Shown: piece by piece, positions 56,076-64,000 of the stretch
Numbering within the stretch: the stretch's first letter is position 1
Layout: every line of letters begins with the position of its first letter
Source: the human T2T-CHM13v2.0 reference genome, Homo sapiens
Assembly (NCBI RefSeq): GCF_009914755.1
Contig: NC_060927.1
DNA length: 64,000 nt
Reading direction: 5' to 3' (one strand)
The notes under the pieces: generated by a model
Seen by the model: the letters and a program-made list of their open reading frames with translations, nothing else
Databases searched by the model: none
Told to the model about the DNA's origin: nothing
Position numbers and translations under genes: made by a program

Positions 56076-56225
56076 CGGCCCATCACCCCCCCAAAGCCGT
56101 AATCCGAGATGTGCTCCGTGGGGGACTGGAGGTCGTTTTTGGAAGAGGCCTTGTCATCCAGCAATGGCCCACTGCTGGCCTCGCTGTCAGCCTTCTGGCT
56201 CAGGCTGTCGGAGAAGGCATCATCC
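56076..56225 (-). CDS. SRGAP3: SRGAP3 third-from-last exon (DDAFSDSLSQKADSEASSG...GVMGR)
   Basis: 150 nt; acceptor CCCCAG|G, donor CG|GTAGGA; phase 2 to 2. Confidence 0.94.
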
Positions 56226-57512
56226 CTGGGGAGAAGACAGACATGAATTGGAGGCACCTTCCCCCAAAGAACCCAGCATATACAGAGCTCCCTGATATGT
56301 GTCTGAGGGGCTGAATTAACACAACTTATGGTTACTTTGTGCCCACAGCGCTTGCTAGGCCACTGCCCACTGGGTGCCTTCCCACCACGCATGCCCATTG
56401 CAACACTCCTGGTCAGTTTCCGCAGCTGGGACCCTCTTCTGTCCCACACCTACCTCCTCCTTTTTTCTCTTCTAGCTTGTTCATTCCCAGGCAGCTCCAG
56501 GCTAGGACAAGCTAAATGCTGCAGGGTGTGTTGGAGAAATGGGGGGATGGAGTCCGCAGGCTGAGCACCGAGGGCTGAGTGCTGAGTCTCTGTGTGACTT
56601 CATGAGAAATGGCTTCTGGCTAAGCAAGGGAGGAAGAAGCTGCCTCTGCCCCTCACCTCCCCACCCAGGGCTTGGGCTACTGTGAGGTGGCTCCCAAGCT
56701 TGTTGGGGTGCCCTGCCGGCCTCCTTCCACGGCCCTCTGCTGTGGTGACTTGTCCCTGATCTCAGAGGTCTGGGGACTTCGGGAGGCTGCCAAGGGCCCT
56801 CCACTATGGCATTCCTCTGGCAGTCTGCTTGGCCCTGGCCTTTTCTCTGGCTGAGACCCCCTCTCTCCCATCACAATGTGGGCTGTTGATCCCCTTCCCT
56901 TGAGGCTCAGCTTGGTGGCTGCCTCTATGGTAAATCTGTTCTGCCGAGCCTGACCAGAGCTCCCAAGGAAGGTGTGCACTGGAAGCTTCCATGGCTTTCA
57001 AAGGAATGGAAAGTGCAGACTTTTTGTGGTAGGACTAGGCATTTGGGATGCAGGGCTCTTTTTCATTAACCCCTGAAATTATTTTTTAAAAAATAGTACC
57101 CTATTAATCAGAAACAAGGGCATGTTTCTGCCCATCCCCTAAGAGAGCTACCTCTGGAGTGTAGAACCGTAGGCAGGGGAGGCCTAGGAGGTGGAGGCAC
57201 ATGGCAGGATCCCCTGGATACTGAGAGCCCTGGTGGGTGATGGCACTCCCTGGGGGCTGTCAGCTGCATCAGGATGTAGGCCAGAGGCACCCAACACCGT
57301 TTCTGTGTGCTCAGAAGGAGGAATTTGGATATCCGTTAAGTGGATCACCATTTAAAGGGAAGTTAGATATTACCCATTGTTAGAGAAGAACAAGCGTATG
57401 ATATCAAGGAGAGCAAATTGCTGGCATACAAGCTAGCACTCCCCTACGGTGCCCATCCCAGACATCACTAATCTATTTCGGCATTCTTCACAGAAGTCTC
57501 GACTCCACTCAC

Positions 57513-57693
57513 ATGTCCTGTACAACTATGTACTGATGGGGGATGAGTCCATCCACGCCGTTGTGCCGGCCCTCCCACCAGTCCTCCGAGGCGCGGTGGT
57601 ACAGGAGCAGCGAGGCCCCCTTCTTGAAGGATAGCTCACGCGGGGACCGCCCCATGTAGTCAAACTTGGCAATAGCCTCGATCTGCTCCACTT
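57513..57693 (-). CDS. SRGAP3: SRGAP3 fourth-from-last exon, SH3 domain ([26 protein letters not shown]...WWEG...LIPHQYI)
   Basis: 181 nt; acceptor TTCCAG|AA, donor AT|GTGAGT; SH3 signatures AKFDY, ELSF, WWEG, GLIP. Confidence 0.95.
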
Positions 57694-58359
57694 CTGGAAG
57701 GAAATCAAGGGAAAAAGCGTCTCTGAGGTCAGCAAAGTGGCAGCTCAGGAGCCTCACTCAGATGGCCCTGGCTTCTCTGGGGAAGGATAGACTGCACAGC
57801 TGGTGAGAACATGGACAGAACGCCTGGTGGGCTGGGGCTCAGGACCCTGGGGTCCTAGCCTCAGATCCACTCTCCACCCTGCAACCTCAGGAAAACCATC
57901 AAACCCTCAAAATGTAAAGAGGGAGCTGATACATGCTCCTTTTCCACTGCCCTTCTTGTTCTCTACTTTTTAATGCTCATTAAGACAATATTGTAGAATT
58001 TTCGTTTTCTTCCACCCCTTAACACAAGTTCTATTAATATTTCTATTTTTCTATGCACCCTTTTCCTCTTTGTCATTTATAATACTTTTAGTAATTTTTA
58101 ATCTTTTGAGAGGCCACATCATGTATGCAGACTCTAATCTGCAAAATCCGATACAGGATTTTAAGGGTACCCAGACCCTTCAAAGCTCATTGTTAAGGAC
58201 TGAACTGTGTCTGCCTCAAATCTATATGTTGAAGCCCTCACCCACAACGTGACTGTATTTTAGAGGCTTTAATTAATGTAAATGAGGTGATTAAAGTTAA
58301 ATGAGGTCATAATGGTGGGGTCATAATCCTAGTGCTGGTGTCTTTATAAGAGGAGCAGA

Positions 58360-58726
<367 letters not shown>

Positions 58727-59199
58727 TCATGACTGTGATTATAATTATTAATGGATTTGGCCTATGGGATGCGTCCAGAGAAGAGACGTTGAACTGCAGA
58801 GAGTTTAAGTGTTTTAAACTGCATGGTTTAAGGACCATACAACTAGTGATATTTGGGGAAGAGACGTTTTGGGGAGCAGGGGATTGTGCCTACAGTTTAT
58901 TCCACCTGTTTTATAGTTTCTACCCTAAGAAGTGTCCATATGTGGTAGAAAACTGATTTTGTATAGGTATTAATGTTTTAATATTTTAAAGTAAGCACAA
59001 AGAGGTTTAACATTATAATTCTTACTTTTTTTTATTTTAATAGAACAGAAGAGTAACAAAAGCAACCCCTGCCCTCTCTCTAGCCTGTAGATAGCTTCTC
59101 CATGCTGAGCTTTCTTGGGGCTCTCTATCTGCTCCATTCACTGTGGACAATCTCGTCTTCATCGATCTATTCATCCACCTGTCCATCACACAGTTAAGC

Positions 59200-59400
59200 T
59201 CAGAACATTTGGCTTTACCATTTTTTAGTTGTGTGACCTTGGGATACTTAGTTTTTCTTTCTGTGCCTCAGTTTCCTCATCTGTTAAATGGAAATGGTAA
59301 TAAATAGAACCTATCTTACAGGGTTATTAGAAGGATTAAGTGAGTGAATATACATGAAGTGCTTGCAACAGTGTCTGGCACATAGTACCCTATAAGAGTT
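59200..59400 (+). mobile_element. MIR
   Basis: TGTGTGACCTTGGG...CTGTGCCTCAGTTTCCTCATCTGTTAAATGG. Confidence 0.75.
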
Positions 59401-61047
59401 ACACACATGTTGTTACCAGAGGCTGGTGCACTTCTAAGGGCCACGGATGGCATGGAAAATCAAAGAGCAGGAGGAGGAAACTCCCTTGTTCACTCCCCAT
59501 CACTCCCCACCACACACATGCACCAGGGCTCCCCTCTGGAAGCAACTGGCTCAAGAAGACCATGCTTGTGTCCCCATGAGATGCAGTGGCTTTGGGATGT
59601 ATTTAGCTCTTAGTGACTGAGGCAGCCTTCTGCAGGGAGCAGGCCTCAAACAGTCAAGTCAGCTTCCCCAGCTAGCTACCCGACAAATGTCTTTAAATGC
59701 TATTCTAACCTGGGTGTTGGGAGAGAAGGAAGGAGGGAAGGAGGTGGGGAAATGACAGCACCACTAAATGGGTCAGACTAACTCAGATCTTGACTCAGAG
59801 TCACATTCTCAGTAAAACAAACAGAGATCTTGGTCCCTCTCTCTGCAGCATCTTTGAATCTCACATCCGGCCGTGTGCTGGAACTGCCTGCTAGCCCATC
59901 TGCCTGCCTCGTTACAAGAGTCAGAAAGGCCGGAGGGTTTGCAAGAGCAGGAGCTGAGCCCAGACAGCTGCGTGCTCCTGGGTTCGCCCAGGGACTTCCT
60001 CTGACCCAGATTCCCCAAACTAAGAAAGGCGCTGACCTAAGCAGAGGTTTTCTGATACTCAGAGGGGCACAGAGGGGCTGCCTCCGGTTTCTGCCTTTAC
60101 CATCACCAGAGCCTCCAGCAGTCACTGGACAGCAGCCTGAAGTTGAAAGAGTGGGGCAGCAGGGGGAGCAGACAATGTGAGGGAAAGAAAACAGGAGGAA
60201 CAGGGCGAACCTCCAGCTCAGAGAAAGCACGTGTGTTTGCAGACGTCGTTACATAAGTGTGTGTGGTGGAAACAGTAATAACAGCTCCCATTGATTACTA
60301 AGTCTGTTATTTGGGCTTCTCGTGCCTGAAACAGAATATGTTTCTCCCCCTCATCACTCTCCCACACTCTGTTACCCAAGCTTACTTCATTCCCTCATCT
60401 TCCCCATCTCAGGAAACAGAACTGCTGTCTACCTGCTCACCCAGGCCAATGCCCTGGCATGGCTCTGCACACCTCATCCATTAGCGACTCCTTCAGAGTG
60501 TCCCCTGGATCTGACCATGGCTCACCACCTCCCATGCCACCCTCTTCACTTCCATACTTGCTTAGGTAGAGCCGCTTCTCCCCACAGCAGCCTAGAGGGT
60601 CCTTTACAATCATACAATCACATCATGAAACTCCCCTGTTCAAAATCCTCAGAAGGCTTCCCATGGATGCTGGAACAAAATCCCAGTGTCTTCCCACTGC
60701 TCATAAGGCCCTCCAGGATCCCAATCGCAGAGACCTCTGAGACCTCATCTTCTCTGTCTCTCTCTCTCCTTCACTAGCTCAATCTGCTCTTGCCTCACTA
60801 AGCTTCTTGATGTTTTTCCTCCAACATCCTAGTATGACATTTTTTAAACACAAAGTAAAATTGAAAGAATTTCACAGTGAACATGCATGGAACACAACTA
60901 AATTCCGCTATGCACATTTTACGATGCTAGATTTATCATATATCTATCCACCCCTCTATCCGTCTTATTTTTTAATGATTTTTAAATTAAGTTATAAACA
61001 TCAGTATACTTTATCTCTAAACACTTCAGCATAAATATTCATAGAGG

Positions 61048-61356
61048 TTTTTTTTTTTTCTTTTTCTTGAGACAGGGTCTCACTCTGTCACCCAGGCTGG
61101 AGTGCAGTGGTGCAATCATGACTCACTGCAACTTGAACCTCCTGAGGATCAAGCAATTCTTCCACCTCAGCCTCCTGAGTAGCTGGGACCACAGGCACAT
61201 GCCGCCATGCCCAGCTAATTTTTTAAGTTTTTGTAGCAACGGGGGTCTCACTACAGCCTGGGGGACCAGGCTGGTCTCGAACTTCTGGACTCGAGCGATC
61301 CTCCTGCCTTGGCCTCCCAAAGTGCTGGGATTACAGGCGTGAGCCACCACCCCCAG
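61048..61356 (-). mobile_element. AluJ nested in older L2/other repeat (~60350-61935)
   Basis: Poly-T followed by reverse dimer. Confidence 0.9.
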
Positions 61357-61659
61357 CTACAGAGCCTTCTTGATGCTTTTAAAACAGACAAGTGTCTTCC
61401 CTTTACAGGGCCTTTGTACTTCCTATTGCTTCTCCCTGGGATGCCTTTCTCCCAGATCTTTGCATTCATCCACACTCAACAAATATGTATTAATGCTATG
61501 TGCCGTTTGCTAATTTCATTCAGGTCTGTACTCAAATGTCATTGCCTTACCAAGGCCTTTCCCAGCCGCTCCCAACTACAAGAGCCCCAACTGCCAAATC
61601 ACTTTCTAACACCTTCTCTTGCTTTATTTCTCTTCATGGCACTTATCACAACCTGAAAT

Positions 61660-61786
61660 TTATGTGTGTGTGTATGATGTGTGTATTTATGTGTTTGTGG
61701 TATGGGTGTGTGTGTATATATATACATATATATGTATATATACACATACATATACATACACATATGTGTATATATACACACATATA
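61660..61786. repeat. (TG)n/(TA)n/(CA)n low-complexity microsatellite
   Basis: Direct reading. Confidence 0.85.
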
Positions 61787-62987
61787 ATTTTGAAACTTTA
61801 CTATCAATCTTTCCTACCAAAGTGTGGGTACCATTAGGACAGAGATTTTCTTTTCTTTCCTACTGTATTCTGACTCCTAGAACAGACCCTAGGACAAACA
61901 GGCACTCAATACATATTTATTGCTTGCATGAACAAATTAAGCTTTTACTGGTACCAGGTGTTCTACTTACATTATCACATTTAATCCCATAACAACATTT
62001 GAGGCACTACCCTCATTTCATAGATGAGGGAACTGAAGCTGGGTTGAATGATGGGCCTAGGGTTGGGTCACACCAGTAGATACAGTGATGAGCTAACATC
62101 TGAGCTCAGGTCCCAGACATCATTAATAGAGGCTTCTAGATGTTTTTGAATTGTGCTAAGCTTATTCCTGCCACAAGGTCTTTGCATCTGTACAGTGTGA
62201 ATTGACTATATAGATATACAATGCTCTGTGTTTGATGCAATTCAACTCCTGTGTATTGAGAGGCTAATTGTACCAGGTAAAAACCCTGTGGGCTCTACAG
62301 TGAGGGAAGAGATGAACAGCCCAGCCCCTGAGCTAGAGGAGAGGTTGAGACTGTCTCAGTAGGGGCCTGGCTGCAGTCACATTTTAGGAAAATCACTCCA
62401 GTGGCAAAGCAGAGCAGTGGAGGGATTGGAGGGGAAAGGATGGAGGCAGCAGTGGTTCAGAGACGGCTACACTGGTGCAGCCTCTGAACTAGCATGGGCT
62501 AGACATGGGCTTTTCCGGAGATGAAAAGACATGTTGAAGCTTTGCTTTTATTTCAGAATCTGAAGGTTGGACATTTATCCTTCTCTACCCATCAAATCCC
62601 TCCCTCTAGCCATGCCATTCCAGAGAACTCTGTTATAGGTCATGAGTCCTGCCTGCATGAAAGAGGGGATGGCTCCACTCCTCTCAATACCACTTATGTC
62701 CCTCTGCCTACCCCACCCCCTACTTCATCCCCAGAAGTGAGAACACTAATCTCATGCAACCAGTTTACTAGAGGCCAAGTCACCGTATCAAAGGCTGAGA
62801 ATGTGGGTGTACCTTCTCTTCTCCGTCATCCTCCCTGTGATGAGAGTAATGACAGAAGCCAGGGCCTGTTTACAGGGTCCCTCTTTTCTCCCCTTCTCAC
62901 TCATGACCTTGGGTTCTTTCTTTGCATTCGGTGGTGGCACCAGCTGATATTGAGATTTAGATTTAATTTAAAAGGAAAGGAGTGAGA

Positions 62988-64000
62988 CCGACTTCTGGGA
63001 TGACAGCATGAAGAGCTCCCCAGGGAAACTCGAGAAAAAATATAAAAAGAAAAAGAAAAAGAAATATTTCAAGCCCCTGGAAATGGTCCTAAGGGCAAAA
63101 AGCAAATGAAGAAACATCTATTCAAGAAAATCTATAAAAATTTAGTGAGAAAGGTGAAAATCTCTGTTACTCGAACCAAGACTGCTCCCTCCCTCTACTC
63201 CTGCTCCAAGCTTGGGGAGATGGAGGCTCCAACCCAGATGACTGCAGTCAAGCACACAGGGCTTCCTCTCCCTTTACCACCTTCTAGTCACAGGGCTTTC
63301 TTCCTGGAAGGAGCAGGAGCTCAGTGATTCTCATCCTGCTCCCACTACCTGTTGCTGAGGCTAAGTCCCAGGTGAGTGGAGTGGAGAGACCAGGGCTTCA
63401 TTCTTTCACACAACCCCTACTCATGGAATGGTGGCTGTACTTTGGGCATGGCACCACTGAAAATGTGGGGGTTCTATCAACCTTGCCCCAGCTTGTGAGG
63501 TGGTGGTTGCATGGCAGGAGAGGGAAGTTAAGAGGATCTCTGGCTGCCCCTCCACAAAGCACTCAGTGGGGACATCACTCAGAAGATGCCATTGTCTCCA
63601 TCCCCAGTCTCAGAGTCCTGGCTCAGAGATTTTCCCATGGGGGAGAACCATCCCGTAAAACAGACAGATCCTAATCTTATCCCAAAGGAACTGACTTCAG
63701 TTGCAACAGAGCTTGGAGAAGTTCAAGTCGAAGGGGACTCTCAAGAACAGTGGAGGTCGTGTTGAAGGGCAATCCAGTGATGGTTCATGAATTTAACGAA
63801 TATAGAAGCTAGACTATAACCCAGATAGTTAGCAGAGGAGAACCAGGGAATAAGACAGCCAGGAGAACTCCTGGGATCAGAACAAATATCAAACATTGAC
63901 TTCAGAAACTATCCCTATAATGGGGACAGAATTTGACTGCATTAATCTGTAGAGCAATTTAGGACCAAGGGCACTGCTGAAAGAATAGCAATCATCCAGC
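62988..64000 (+). mobile_element. Probable old L1M 5' region
   Basis: GACTTCTGGGATGACAGCATGAAGAGCTCC start and AAGCCCCTGGAAATGGTCCTAAGGGCA motif resemble L1M 5'UTRs; by eye only. Confidence 0.45.

Overview
Human-type (primate) genomic DNA, recognised from translated exons as the RAD18/SRGAP3 locus (chr3p25.3, from recall). Both genes are on the minus strand in tandem. The left 26.6 kb holds RAD18 exons 1-6 (RING finger, then UBZ4 zinc finger) and its CpG-island promoter. About 17 kb of repeat-rich intergenic DNA follows, then the ~4.9 kb 3'UTR and last four coding exons of SRGAP3 (SH3 domain and C-terminus). I read all ten exon boundaries at GT/AG sites; the phases join into continuous frames. 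Most other sequence is Alu, L1, L2, MIR, MaLR/ERV LTRs and Tigger/hAT elements, and subfamily names are by-eye calls. I see no novel protein-coding system. The most notable unexplained structures are: (1) a ~230 bp non-Alu inverted duplication pasted into an old L1 in RAD18 intron 2, predicted to form a long pre-mRNA hairpin; (2) a near-perfect 99 bp duplicate of an LTR segment whose source sits beside a perfect hairpin; (3) a phase-compatible geometry for an in-frame SRGAP3-RAD18 read-through fusion. These are hypotheses, not demonstrated functions.
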